A stretch of 64,000 bases of DNA from an uncultured Chloroflexia bacterium (GTDB lineage Bacteria; Chloroflexota; Limnocylindria; Limnocylindrales; CSP1-4), in the NCBI GenBank assembly GCA_963819655.1, contig CAWFXA010000003.1:736001-800000 (forward strand), read 5' to 3'. The position numbers and the translations under genes were made by a program. Below, piece by piece: positions 20,157 to 29,223 of the stretch; position 1 is the stretch's first letter; the number at the start of each line of letters is the position of its first letter. The notes beneath the pieces are model-generated. The model saw nothing but the letters and a program-made list of their open reading frames with translations. It was not told the DNA's origin and made no database searches.

Positions 20157-20691
20157 CGCCGAGCTCCACGCGGAGACGGGCCATGAGTCGGTGCATCCGG
20201 ACACGCACACCTGACGCGCTCATGCCGACCTCCCGTCCGATCGCTTCTGAATCGAGGCCGGCGACGAAGCGCAGACCGATGAGGATCCGGTCCTTTGGGT
20301 CGAGGTGCGCGAGGGCGTTGCCGAGGTCGATCGAGGCCGCCCGATCGGGCCCGGGCGAGCTGGTCGGACCGCCCACGACAAGCTCGCGGACCGTCCGCCG
20401 GCGGGTGCTGCGGGCCATCTGGCGCGCCTCGTTCGCTGCCACCGACATCAACCACGGTCGAAGCCTGGACGGATCGCGAAGCGTGCCGAGTCGGCGCCAG
20501 GCGATCGCCCAGGCGGCCTGGACGGCGTCCTCCGCCAGTTCGACGGAGCCTGACACCAGGTAGGAGATGCGGGACATGTCGCCATGGTGGGCGGCGACGA
20601 TCCGAGCGAAGGCGACCTCGTCGCCGGCGATCGCGCGGTCGATGATCGCCCCCGCTGCCGCGCTATCGATCGTCACACTTTCCGCGATCAT
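20149..20691 (-). CDS. ECF RNA polymerase sigma-70 factor
   Basis: AEDAVQAAW..AWR; region 4 LDPKDRILIGLRFVAGLDSEAIG. Confidence 0.92.
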   Translation of the reverse strand: MIAESVTIDSAAAGAIIDRAIAGDEVAFARIVAAHHGDMSRISYLVSGSVELAEDAVQAAWAIAWRRLGTLRDPSRLRPWLMSVAANEARQMARSTRRRTVRELVVGGPTSSPGPDRAASIDLGNALAHLDPKDRILIGLRFVAGLDSEAIGREVGMSASGVRVRMHRLMARLRVELGDD

Positions 20692-20771
20692 GCCCTACAG
20701 ATGCCGCCGACCCGTCGCGCGTTCCAAGGTCCCTCTCGACACCTCGCGTCTGGGCTCAACAGAGGACATGG

Positions 20772-20799
20772 AGACGCCCCGGCCGGAACCGGGGCGTCT
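20772..20799 (-). terminator. Hairpin downstream of the secreted protein gene
   Basis: AGACGCCCCGG-ccggaa-CCGGGGCGTCT perfect 11-bp stem. Confidence 0.6.
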
Positions 20800-20814
20800 G
20801 CCAATAGGTCGCCG

Positions 20815-21384
20815 CTACCGGCACTTGGTCGTGACGGTCGTCCTGCTGCTGCGGATCGATCCCTCCGCGTCCACCGTCACCCCGTCGAAGGTTATCGTCC
20901 CCGTGGCCGATCGTCGCTGGCCGCTGTCAGCGAACGTGAAGGTGCATGTCCCGTCGCGTTCGGTGAACCGACCGCGGAAGCTTGACGTCTGGCCCGTCCC
21001 CTCGAGCTCGGCGGAAGCTGTGATCGTGCTGCAGTGGTGCGCGTCACAGACTTCGAACTGGGTCGACGCGAGGCTCGCGGAGGACAGGTCGCCAGCCACA
21101 CTGATATCCGGTGTCTCGCTGCAGCCGCCGACACCCGTGCCGCGCCCGTTGCGGATGTTGAACGTGAACTGATCGACGCAGGCGAAGATGAATGTCTCAC
21201 CTGACGCTGTCGTCTGCTGATCGGCGAAGACCGACGTGTCGGTGCATGTCTGCTGACCGCACTCGGAATGGAAGGCATCGAAACCGATGGACTCGAAGTT
21301 TTCACGCGGCGAGGCCGCTGCGACCCCCGGCGCAAAGGCGAGCAGGGCGAACATGATCACGAAGAATGTCAACACGCGCTTCAT
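20815..21384 (-). CDS. Secreted Cys-containing hypothetical protein
   Basis: MKRVLTFFVIMFALLAFAPGVAAA signal peptide, GGAGG RBS, beta-rich mature part with eight Cys. Confidence 0.75.
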   Translation of the reverse strand: MKRVLTFFVIMFALLAFAPGVAAASPRENFESIGFDAFHSECGQQTCTDTSVFADQQTTASGETFIFACVDQFTFNIRNGRGTGVGGCSETPDISVAGDLSSASLASTQFEVCDAHHCSTITASAELEGTGQTSSFRGRFTERDGTCTFTFADSGQRRSATGTITFDGVTVDAEGSIRSSRTTVTTKCR

Positions 21385-21536
21385 CGACCGATCCCTCCAA
21401 CCGTGACGGGTCGGGTTCGCCATTGGCTCGGCGTGATCCGGGCGACCGAGGGAAGGATCACGCGTCGATGCCCCCCATCTCGACGAAGTATGCGCGGGTG
21501 GGCAAGGGGTCGTGCGGTCGCGGTGGCGCGTTCGTT

Positions 21537-21580
21537 TCGTGCGGGAGATGTGGTGGGGGGTACTGGACTCGAACCAGCGA
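21537..21580 (-). repeat. Duplicated 3' end of tRNA-Val plus trailer (attR-like)
   Basis: 44-nt direct repeat of 22204-22247 with 4 mismatches (hand count). Confidence 0.85.
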
Positions 21581-22217
21581 TCGGGGTCCGACCGGGAGGG
21601 AGCGGCGCCCCGGTGAAGTGAGGGGCGGAGGGGGGTATCCGCCGCGGCGTCCCCCGAGGCGCCACGCCCAGCTTTACAGCCCGGGTCGGTCGATGCAAGG
21701 GCGCCCGCAAGGTCCGTCAGGGACACTGAACGCCTCAGAGCCTCGGGTGGGGGGCCATCCTCAAGGGGATGGATCGACCCGAGGTTCTGCGATTCGGTGA
21801 GGCTATGGACGGCCCGGGTCGCCCGGTCGGCCCGGACGAGCTGGCCGGCTTGGGGGAACCGAAATCGCAAGTCCGGGACCGTTGCCGGGTAAGGGTCAAG
21901 CCGTATCGGAGCGATGAAGAGAGGCCCGGCTACACAACCCCCAGATCGGTAGCCGAGCCTCGGATGAACTCGCTCGTGCGCGGCACGGCGCGGCAATAGG
22001 CCACCCTGCAGTCTGTACACCCGCAGCCACTACGTCATGACGGGCCGTCATGTTCGCGTGCAAGGTCGGGGCAGGCCCAGAACCCTGCACAGCGCGGACG
22101 TGAGCCAGCTCGACGGCGCGGGTCGAGGTTCTTGCAACACGATGCCCTGACCGGCGATCGCGATGTCATCCGACGCCCGCGACGGACGTCGAGAGGGGCC
22201 AGGTCGTGCGTGGGATG

Positions 22218-22294
22218 TGGTGGGCGGTACTGGACTCGAACCAGTGACTTCCTCGGTGTAAGCGAGGCGCTCTAACCGACTGAGCTAACCGCCC
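22218..22294 (-). tRNA. tRNA-Val(TAC)
   Basis: GGGCGGT stem, CCTCG-CT-TAC-AC-CGAGG, CCA. Confidence 0.97.
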
Positions 22295-22323
22295 GCGGGG
22301 AGCCTACACCGCGGCCACGCGAA

Positions 22324-22347
22324 ACGACCGCCGGGCTCGGCGGTCGT
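22324..22347 (-). terminator. Hairpin after the tRNA-Leu pair
   Basis: ACGACCGCCG-ggct-CGGCGGTCGT followed by TTT on the minus strand. Confidence 0.55.
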
Positions 22348-22361
22348 CAGGAGCTGCGGAG

Positions 22362-22446
22362 TGGTGCCCAGGCCGGGACTTGAACCCGGATGAGTTGCCT
22401 CATACGCCCCTCAAACGTACGCGTATACCAATTCCGCCACCTGGGC
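22362..22446 (-). tRNA. tRNA-Leu(GAG)
   Basis: GCCCAGG stem, TACGT-TT-GAG-GG-GCGTA, long variable arm, CCA. Confidence 0.96.
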
Positions 22447-22482
22447 CCAGGTGTCACCGTGGGATGAAGGAGTCCGAGGGAG

Positions 22483-22569
22483 TGGTACCGAGGGAGGGAC
22501 TTGAACCCACACGACCTTGCGGCCACTGGTACCTGAAACCAGCGCGTCTGCCTATTCCGCCACCTCGGC
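22483..22569 (-). tRNA. tRNA-Leu(CAG)
   Basis: GCCGAGG stem, CTGGT-TT-CAG-GT-ACCAG, long variable arm, CCA. Confidence 0.96.
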
Positions 22570-22587
22570 ACGGACCCCGTCAGACCG

Positions 22588-24330
22588 TTACCGGCCGACG
22601 GCGAGGCGCCATGTTAGCACATCCCAAAATCGGTCCGACCCGTCCGTGACCTGCCGGATCGCGGGCCCCTGGACGGTGTCGCGGAGCACGACGACCTCGT
22701 CCGCGAAGGCCAGCGGAAGCAGGTAACGACCAGCCGCCAGCCCCTTCTGGAGCGCGCCGTAAGCCTTCATCCGGGCGCTCGCAGAACCGGGCGCGCGGGC
22801 CTTCTCGAGCAGTGTGTCGAGCTCGGCCGACTGGGCGCCGATCACGTTCGACCCGCCGGTCAGCGTCTGGCTCGAGGCCAGCAGCGGGTACAGGTCGGGG
22901 TCCAGGCCGATGCGCAGGTCGGCGACCGCGACCTGGAACGTCCCGGTCGACAGCCGCTCGCCTACGAACTCGGCGGGTGGCAGTGCGACGTGCTGCGCGG
23001 TCAGGCCGATCGCGGTCCAGTCGCGGACGACCGCCCCGGCTGCCGCGTAAAGACTCGGATTCGAAGCCTCGGTCGGGCTCAGGACCTCCAGCGACAGCGG
23101 TTGCTTGGCGCCGGGCAGGCGCCAACCCTTGGCGTCCTTCGTCCAGGTCGCCGCTTTCAACGCCGCTTCGGCGGCGCCACGGCTGTAGGCCACGGCGGGG
23201 TCGGCGACCGGATCGAACATCGGCGAGACGGGCGGGATCGGGCCAGTGGCGGGTATCGCGATCCCGGCGAACGACTCCTGGATGAGGCGCTCCCGGTTCA
23301 GGGCGGCCATCAGGCTCGTGCGGACGGCGGCCGGCGAGAATTCCGGATGACCCGGACGCAGGTTCAGCAGGACGGCCGAGAGGGTCGATCCGGGATAACG
23401 GACGAGCCGCGCCCCATCCATCGACGCGAGCTCGACCGCGTCTGCCTGCGGGAGACCCGATGCGCCGTCGAGATCGCCGGCGCGGAAATCGCGCACGAGG
23501 GCGTCGACATCGGTGTAGAACCGGAGCTCGATACCCGCGAGGTACGGCAACGGCCGCGAGGGGCGGAGGGTCGGGGCCGGCGTCGTGAGCGAATCCGGCG
23601 ACGCTCCGGCCGTCGCGCTCGGGGCCCCGGCATCCAGGACGATCTCGGCTGGGACGAGAGAGGCCGACGTCGGTGTCAGATCGGTCAGGGCGAACGGACC
23701 CGAGCCGACCGGCCGTCCGCCGAACGGGTCGTCGGCGAGGGATGCCATCGGCACGTCCCCGAGCAGGTGGGCCGGGGCGATCGGCTGGGTCAGGGCCTGC
23801 ATGAACCCACCGAGTGGGGTCTTGAGCGTGAACCGGACCTGGCGCGGGCCGGTCGTCGCGACGGTCACCTCGGACCAGGACGTGGCGGACGGCCCCGTGT
23901 AGGACGGGTCCTGCAGGGTCTCGATCGTGAAGATCACGTCGTCGGGCGTGACCGGCGTTCCGTCGTGCCAGCGCGCGTCCGCACGCAGGTCGACCGTCCA
24001 GGTCTTCCCAGACGCATCGACCGACCAGCGCTCGGCCAGGTCAGGGACGAGCGTGCCGCCCGGCCCGTTCCGCACCAGTCCGGCGAAGAGCAGCGCGACG
24101 AGATCGCGATCGGCCTGGGTCTTGGCGGTCAGCGGCGAGACCGACGAGGGGGCGCCGACAACGCCCTCGACGTATGGGCGAACCTCGAAACCAGGGCTCG
24201 CCGCGCTCGGTGGTGGGGTCGCGGTCGACGGCGCCGAGGCGAGCTGGATAGCGGGGACGCTGATGAGTGCGGCGAGGACCGCAAGCAGGGCGACGAGCGT
24301 CCCGACGATGACGGTGTCGGTCCGGGTCAT
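22588..24330 (-). CDS. ABC transporter substrate-binding protein, family 5 (peptide/nickel)
   Basis: PDLAERWSV...WHDGTPVTPDDVIFT...PVGSGPF; N-terminal TM. Confidence 0.9.
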   Translation of the reverse strand: MTRTDTVIVGTLVALLAVLAALISVPAIQLASAPSTATPPPSAASPGFEVRPYVEGVVGAPSSVSPLTAKTQADRDLVALLFAGLVRNGPGGTLVPDLAERWSVDASGKTWTVDLRADARWHDGTPVTPDDVIFTIETLQDPSYTGPSATSWSEVTVATTGPRQVRFTLKTPLGGFMQALTQPIAPAHLLGDVPMASLADDPFGGRPVGSGPFALTDLTPTSASLVPAEIVLDAGAPSATAGASPDSLTTPAPTLRPSRPLPYLAGIELRFYTDVDALVRDFRAGDLDGASGLPQADAVELASMDGARLVRYPGSTLSAVLLNLRPGHPEFSPAAVRTSLMAALNRERLIQESFAGIAIPATGPIPPVSPMFDPVADPAVAYSRGAAEAALKAATWTKDAKGWRLPGAKQPLSLEVLSPTEASNPSLYAAAGAVVRDWTAIGLTAQHVALPPAEFVGERLSTGTFQVAVADLRIGLDPDLYPLLASSQTLTGGSNVIGAQSAELDTLLEKARAPGSASARMKAYGALQKGLAAGRYLLPLAFADEVVVLRDTVQGPAIRQVTDGSDRFWDVLTWRLAVGR

Positions 24331-24372
24331 GAAGCTCCGTGTGGTGGCCGCGGCTCGAGCCGCGGCGCGACG

Positions 24373-24606
24373 TCAGGCGCCGGTCGTCGGCGACAGGATG
24401 TACGACGCCAGCGAGAAGATGACGAACAGGACGAGCAGCACGATCGTGAACTGCCACAACCGTCGTTCGACCCCACGGCGGCTGCGATAGACAGCCGAGT
24501 CACCACCGAATGTGCCCGACAGGCCAGTACCCCGCGCCTGCAACAGGATGGCGGCGATGAGCGCGATACTCACGATGATCTGGCCCACGCCCAGGATGGG
24601 GTTCAC
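24373..24606 (-). CDS. secG: Preprotein translocase subunit SecG
   Basis: ILLQARGTGLSGTFGG...RRGVERRL; two TMs. Confidence 0.95.
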   Translation of the reverse strand: MNPILGVGQIIVSIALIAAILLQARGTGLSGTFGGDSAVYRSRRGVERRLWQFTIVLLVLFVIFSLASYILSPTTGA

Positions 24607-24668
24607 GTCTCGTTCGTCCTCCGTTTCGTACGGCGGCCGATGCTACCACAGGGGCCCGGCCGAGCCCA

Positions 24669-26249
24669 TCAGGGGCGAAGCATCGATCGTCCGGTGATGG
24701 CCGGCCAGGGCGGCAGGTCGGCCAGTTCGAGGAGCGTCGGCGCGACGTCGGCCAGCACCCCGTCGGCGAGAACGCGGCCGGCCACGGAACGGCCGATCAG
24801 CACGAACGGCACGGGATTGAGCGAATGGGCAGTGACCGGCGCACCGTCCGCATCGCGCAGCTCGTCCGCGTTGCCGTGATCGGCCGTGATGGCCAGCAGC
24901 GCACCCGGCCCGTCCGGGTCGACCGCCTCGACGGCCTCGACGGCGTCGACGACCCGGGCGAGGCAGGTATCGATCGTGGCGAGCGCTTCGATCGTCGAGT
25001 CCCAGTCCCCGGTGTGTCCGACCATGTCGGGGTTGGCGTAGTTCGCGACGATGAAGTCGTAGCGACCGGAGGCGATCGACGCGACGAGGGCGTCGGTGAC
25101 GCCGGGTGCCGACATCGACGGCCGCAGGTCGTACGTCGCGACCTTCGGGCTCGGGATCAGCTCGCGGTCCTCGCCCGGGAAGGGCGCCTCGATGCCGCCG
25201 TTGAAGAAGTACGTCACATGGGCGTACTTCTCGGTCTCCGCCACGTGCATCTGGCGCCACCCGGCCTCGCTGAACGCCTGGGCCAGGGACCGCGCCGTCT
25301 CGGGCGGGAATGCGACGAGCACCGGCAGGCCCTCCTCGTATTCGGTCATGGTCACGACGAGGAGGTCCGACGGGGCCGGGCGACCCGACGGTGATGTCCG
25401 GTCGAAGCCGTCGAACCGCGGGCCGTCTGCGAGCGCATGCGTCAGCTGGCGCGCCCGATCCGCCCGGAAGTTCAGGTGGATGATCGGTTCGTGGTCATCG
25501 AGCGGGCCTTCGTGGCCGTCGACGACGGTCGGAACGACGAACTCGTCGGTCTCCCCGCGCGCGTATGCGGCTTCGATCGCCGCCACCGCCGACGATGCGT
25601 GGTGGTCGGCCTCAGCGTGGACGATCGCGTCGTAGCCGCGTTCGGTACGCTCCCAGCGCTTGTCGCGATCCATCGCGTAGTAACGGCCGCCGACCGAGGC
25701 GATCGACACGCCGGGGTGGACCGCCGCCAGTCGCGCCTCGAGATCGCGCATGAAGGCGAGGCCCGACGACGGCGGCGTGTCACGCCCATCGAGAAGCGCG
25801 TGGACAGCAAGGCGCGGGACGCCTTGGGCCGCGGCCAGCCTGGCGAGCGCGACGAGATGTCGATCGTTCGCATGGACACCCCCTGGGCCGATCAGCGTGA
25901 TGACGCGCAGCACCCCGCCCCTGTCTCGCGCTCGCTGCATGGCGGCGAGGAAGGCGGGACGTTTGTCGAACGAACCGTCGGCGATCGCGGCGTCGATGCG
26001 CGGCAGGTCCTGGAGCACCGGCCGCCCGGCGCCGAGGTTCAGGTGCCCCACTTCGGAGTTGCCCATCTGGCCGGGCGGCAGCCCGACCGCCTCCTCGGAT
26101 GCCCGGAGCGTGCTGTGCGGCCAGCGCGCCAGCAGCCCGCGCCAGGTCGGCATCGGGGCGGCGGCGATCGCGTCACCGGCCGGATCGCGCCCGATGCCGA
26201 AGCCGTCGAGCACGACCAGGACGATGGGTCGTGGTCTCGGGCGGGTCAC
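24669..26249 (-). CDS. gpmI: 2,3-bisphosphoglycerate-independent phosphoglycerate mutase
   Basis: LVVLDGFG, QMGNSEVGH, AETEKYAHVTYFFNGG, NPDMVGHTG, TADHGN; GTG overlaps the tpiA stop. Confidence 0.96.
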   Translation of the reverse strand: MTRPRPRPIVLVVLDGFGIGRDPAGDAIAAAPMPTWRGLLARWPHSTLRASEEAVGLPPGQMGNSEVGHLNLGAGRPVLQDLPRIDAAIADGSFDKRPAFLAAMQRARDRGGVLRVITLIGPGGVHANDRHLVALARLAAAQGVPRLAVHALLDGRDTPPSSGLAFMRDLEARLAAVHPGVSIASVGGRYYAMDRDKRWERTERGYDAIVHAEADHHASSAVAAIEAAYARGETDEFVVPTVVDGHEGPLDDHEPIIHLNFRADRARQLTHALADGPRFDGFDRTSPSGRPAPSDLLVVTMTEYEEGLPVLVAFPPETARSLAQAFSEAGWRQMHVAETEKYAHVTYFFNGGIEAPFPGEDRELIPSPKVATYDLRPSMSAPGVTDALVASIASGRYDFIVANYANPDMVGHTGDWDSTIEALATIDTCLARVVDAVEAVEAVDPDGPGALLAITADHGNADELRDADGAPVTAHSLNPVPFVLIGRSVAGRVLADGVLADVAPTLLELADLPPWPAITGRSMLRP

Positions 26250-27037
26250 CCAGTCAGCCCGCGCGCCCGGGCGGTGATCGCGGCCCGGGCGACGATGCCG
26301 GCCATCTCGTCGGGCTTGAGGGAGGCGCCGCCGACCAGCGCGCCATCGATCGACGGCTCGGCCATGAACTCGCCGATGTTCGCCGAGGTCACGCTGCCGC
26401 CGTACAGCACGGGCAGGCCGGCCCCGGTCTCGCCCCACCCGAGCCCATCGAGGGTCGCCCGGATGGCATCCACCATCGCGGCGGCGTCGATGCCGGTCGC
26501 ATTGCGCCCGGTGCCGATCGCCCAGACGGGCTCGTAGGCGATGACGAGACCGCCGTCCGCGGCGCCGGCCGCGTCGATGCCGTCGAGCGAGCCCCGGATC
26601 TGGGTATCGACGACCTCGATCGCCTGGCCGGACTCGCGTTCAGCCAGCTGCTCGCCGACGCAGAGGATCGGTCGCAGGTCCGCCTCGAGGGCGCGCGCGA
26701 CCTTGCGGGCGACCCGTGCGTCGGTCTCGTTTGCGTCGCGCCGCCGCTCCGAGTGCCCCACGATCACCCATGTGGCGAGCCCGACCAACATCGGCGCGGA
26801 GACCTCACCCGTATACGCGCCGGCGAGGTCCTGATGCACGTTCTGGGCACCGACGGCCACATCGTGGTCGTCCTCGGCCAGCGCGTCACGGACCGGCGCG
26901 AGGCACACGAACGGTGGACAGATGACCCGCGTCACGCCCGGCTCACGGGTCCGCGACGCGATCGTCCGGGCGAGGTCACCGGCATCGCTCGGTGTGGTGT
27001 GCATCTTCCAGTTCGCGGCGATCACGACCTCACGCAT
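26246..27037 (-). CDS. tpiA: Triosephosphate isomerase
   Basis: ANWKM, GHSERR, AYEPVWAIGTG, YGGSV, LVGGASL. Confidence 0.98.
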   Translation of the reverse strand: MREVVIAANWKMHTTPSDAGDLARTIASRTREPGVTRVICPPFVCLAPVRDALAEDDHDVAVGAQNVHQDLAGAYTGEVSAPMLVGLATWVIVGHSERRRDANETDARVARKVARALEADLRPILCVGEQLAERESGQAIEVVDTQIRGSLDGIDAAGAADGGLVIAYEPVWAIGTGRNATGIDAAAMVDAIRATLDGLGWGETGAGLPVLYGGSVTSANIGEFMAEPSIDGALVGGASLKPDEMAGIVARAAITARARGLTG

Positions 27038-27046
27038 GCGTCCGCA

Positions 27047-27862
27047 TCATGCCAGAGCGTTCTCGCGCGACCGTCGTCCTGGCGCCTGAGGGCGGGCGGG
27101 CTCTTCCTCGGCGAGACGCTCGATGCGTTCGAGGGCGCGCTGCACGGCCGACCGGTGGAGCTCGAGCCGTTCGGCCAGCTCGGTCAGGGTCGCCTCGGGC
27201 GTCTCGCGGCGCGCGTCGGCGACGAGCCGGACCACGTACGGCTGGTCCGGGAGTCGACCGTCGGCCGCGAGCTGCGCGATCGCGTCCAGCTGCCGACCGG
27301 CGGCGGCCACCGCGCGCTGGAGGTTCGCGGACTCGGCATTCAACACCCGGTTGAGCTCGCCGCGGAGGGCGCGCGAGACCTGTCGTGCCTCGAGCTCGAG
27401 CAGAGCGCCGGCCGCGCCGATACGGCGCAGGAACGTGCCGACCGCCTCGGCACTCTTCCAGGTCACGACGCCTCGACCGCGTCGGACGCGCCACGACGCC
27501 GGCAATCCGACCTCGGCTAGGCGGCCCGCGAGCGTGATGGCCTCGTCGGCGGGGACGACGAACTCGAGGTGGGTCCGGCCGCCGGCCAGGCTCAGCGAGC
27601 CCCGGGCAAGGAAGCGTCCGCGCAGCCAGGCCGTCCGGCAGTGCTCGGCCGCCGTCGCCCAGGCGAAGTCGGCGGTCGCGGCGGGATCATGCTCGCCGGC
27701 GCGGCGCAGCCGATGGACGAGGCGACTGACGGCCGGTTCACGCGACCCGACGTCCAGGCCGAGACCGGCCGCCTCGGCGAACCGGTCGCACGCGCGCGCC
27801 GGATCGATCGCCGCGAGCTCGTTCCGCAGCGCGGTCACGAGGTCGCGTTCGGAGCTGGTCAC
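27047..27862 (-). CDS. whiA: DNA-binding protein WhiA
   Basis: WLRGRFLARGSL, NRVLNAESANL, C-terminal HTH; rapZ-yvcK-whiA synteny. Confidence 0.92.
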   Translation of the reverse strand: MTSSERDLVTALRNELAAIDPARACDRFAEAAGLGLDVGSREPAVSRLVHRLRRAGEHDPAATADFAWATAAEHCRTAWLRGRFLARGSLSLAGGRTHLEFVVPADEAITLAGRLAEVGLPASWRVRRGRGVVTWKSAEAVGTFLRRIGAAGALLELEARQVSRALRGELNRVLNAESANLQRAVAAAGRQLDAIAQLAADGRLPDQPYVVRLVADARRETPEATLTELAERLELHRSAVQRALERIERLAEEEPARPQAPGRRSRENALA

Positions 27863-27863
27863 G

Positions 27864-29207
27864 TCAGGCGGTCCGGGTCACGGTCCTGCGACGGGTCGCC
27901 GAGTCGCCTTCGTAGGCGCGCATCACCGCGGCGGCAAGGCGGGCAGGATCGTGGCGGTGAGCGTTGTCCGGGTCGACCACGTCGTCCAGCACGAGTCGCG
28001 GCGGCTGGGTCAGGCCGGCCGGCGGCCAGTGGATCCGGACCGTCTCGGCCTGCCAGCCGCTGGGGATCCGCGCATCGAACCGGTTGTTTGCGAGCACGAG
28101 ATCGACGATCCCCGGTGTCGTGTGCGCCGCGAGAGCCAGGACGTGAGCTGCCAGGTCGAGTCCCGCCGTCTCACCCTCCTGGGTAGCGACGTTGCACACG
28201 TATAGCCGCGTGGCACCCGCCGTCATCACCGCGTCGCGGATCGCGGGGATCAGCAGGCTCGGCAGGAGGCTGGTGTACAGACTCCCGGGTCCGATGACGA
28301 TCAGGTCCGCCTCGGCGATCGCGGTGAGCGCATCGTCCGACGCCCGGACGTCGTCCGGCGTGAGCCACACGCGCTCGATACCGGTTGTCCGCATGATCCG
28401 CGACTGGCCGTCCACGGTCGCCCCGGCCGACGTCCGCGCGTGGAGCGTCAGCGGCGTCGCGGTGACCGGCACGACCTGGCCGCGGACGGCCAGGATCCGG
28501 TTGATGCGGCGGACGCCCTCTTCGAAGTCGCCGCCCTCGAGCGCGGTCATCGCCGCGAGCAACAGGTTGCCGACGGCGTGACCGGCCAGTCCCGGTCCCT
28601 CGATCGCAGGCGTGCCCGGGCTGCCATCGGCGGCCGGGAACCGGTACTGGAGGAGCTCGCTCATGAGCGGTTCCGCATCGGCGAGTGCGGCGATGCAATT
28701 GCGGATGTCCCCGACCGGCGGGATGCCGAGCTCCTGGCGGAGGACGCCGGACGAGCCACCGTCGTCGGCGACTGTCACGACGGCCGTCAGGTTGCTGGTG
28801 TGCTCCTTGAGGCCGCGCAGCAGGGCCGACAGCCCGGTCCCACCGCCGATCGCGACGATCCGTGGCCCCTTCGCGAGGAAGCGCTTCTGGTAGATGACCT
28901 CGACAAGCGGCTGGTCGGCGTCGGGTGCCCGGAGAGGGTCGGTCATGACGCGGATGACCCGGTACGCGCCGAACGCCACGAGCCCCACCCCGACCACCCC
29001 GACGACCAGGCCGCGCAACGCGAACGGTAGGAACTGGAGCGTGATGACGTCGATCAGCAACGCGAACGGCCCGGCCGGCTCGAAGTCGCGGGTGACCTGC
29101 CGGATCATGTGGGCGAAGGCCATCGCCAGGAGGAGCAACCCCAGGAACACGACGAGCAGCCAGCGCTTGACGCCGATGCCGGGCGTCAGCCAGCGGCGGA
29201 GGTTCAC
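27864..29207 (-). CDS. YvcK/UPF0052 gluconeogenesis factor with N-terminal TM region
   Basis: IGGGTGLS, TVADDGGSSG, GPGSLYTS. Confidence 0.93.
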   Translation of the reverse strand: MNLRRWLTPGIGVKRWLLVVFLGLLLLAMAFAHMIRQVTRDFEPAGPFALLIDVITLQFLPFALRGLVVGVVGVGLVAFGAYRVIRVMTDPLRAPDADQPLVEVIYQKRFLAKGPRIVAIGGGTGLSALLRGLKEHTSNLTAVVTVADDGGSSGVLRQELGIPPVGDIRNCIAALADAEPLMSELLQYRFPAADGSPGTPAIEGPGLAGHAVGNLLLAAMTALEGGDFEEGVRRINRILAVRGQVVPVTATPLTLHARTSAGATVDGQSRIMRTTGIERVWLTPDDVRASDDALTAIAEADLIVIGPGSLYTSLLPSLLIPAIRDAVMTAGATRLYVCNVATQEGETAGLDLAAHVLALAAHTTPGIVDLVLANNRFDARIPSGWQAETVRIHWPPAGLTQPPRLVLDDVVDPDNAHRHDPARLAAAVMRAYEGDSATRRRTVTRTA

Positions 29208-29223
29208 GCCGACGGGTCCCCGC

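Noticed and set aside
21551-21700. Possible extra tRNA or tmRNA ending in ACCA
   Set aside because: Only the T-arm and 3' acceptor strand are present, with no matching 5' strand or tmRNA features; explained as a tRNA-Val duplication
21385-22020. N-terminal extension of the 401-aa ORF
   Set aside because: Non-protein-like composition and it crosses the tRNA duplication; the real start is 21384
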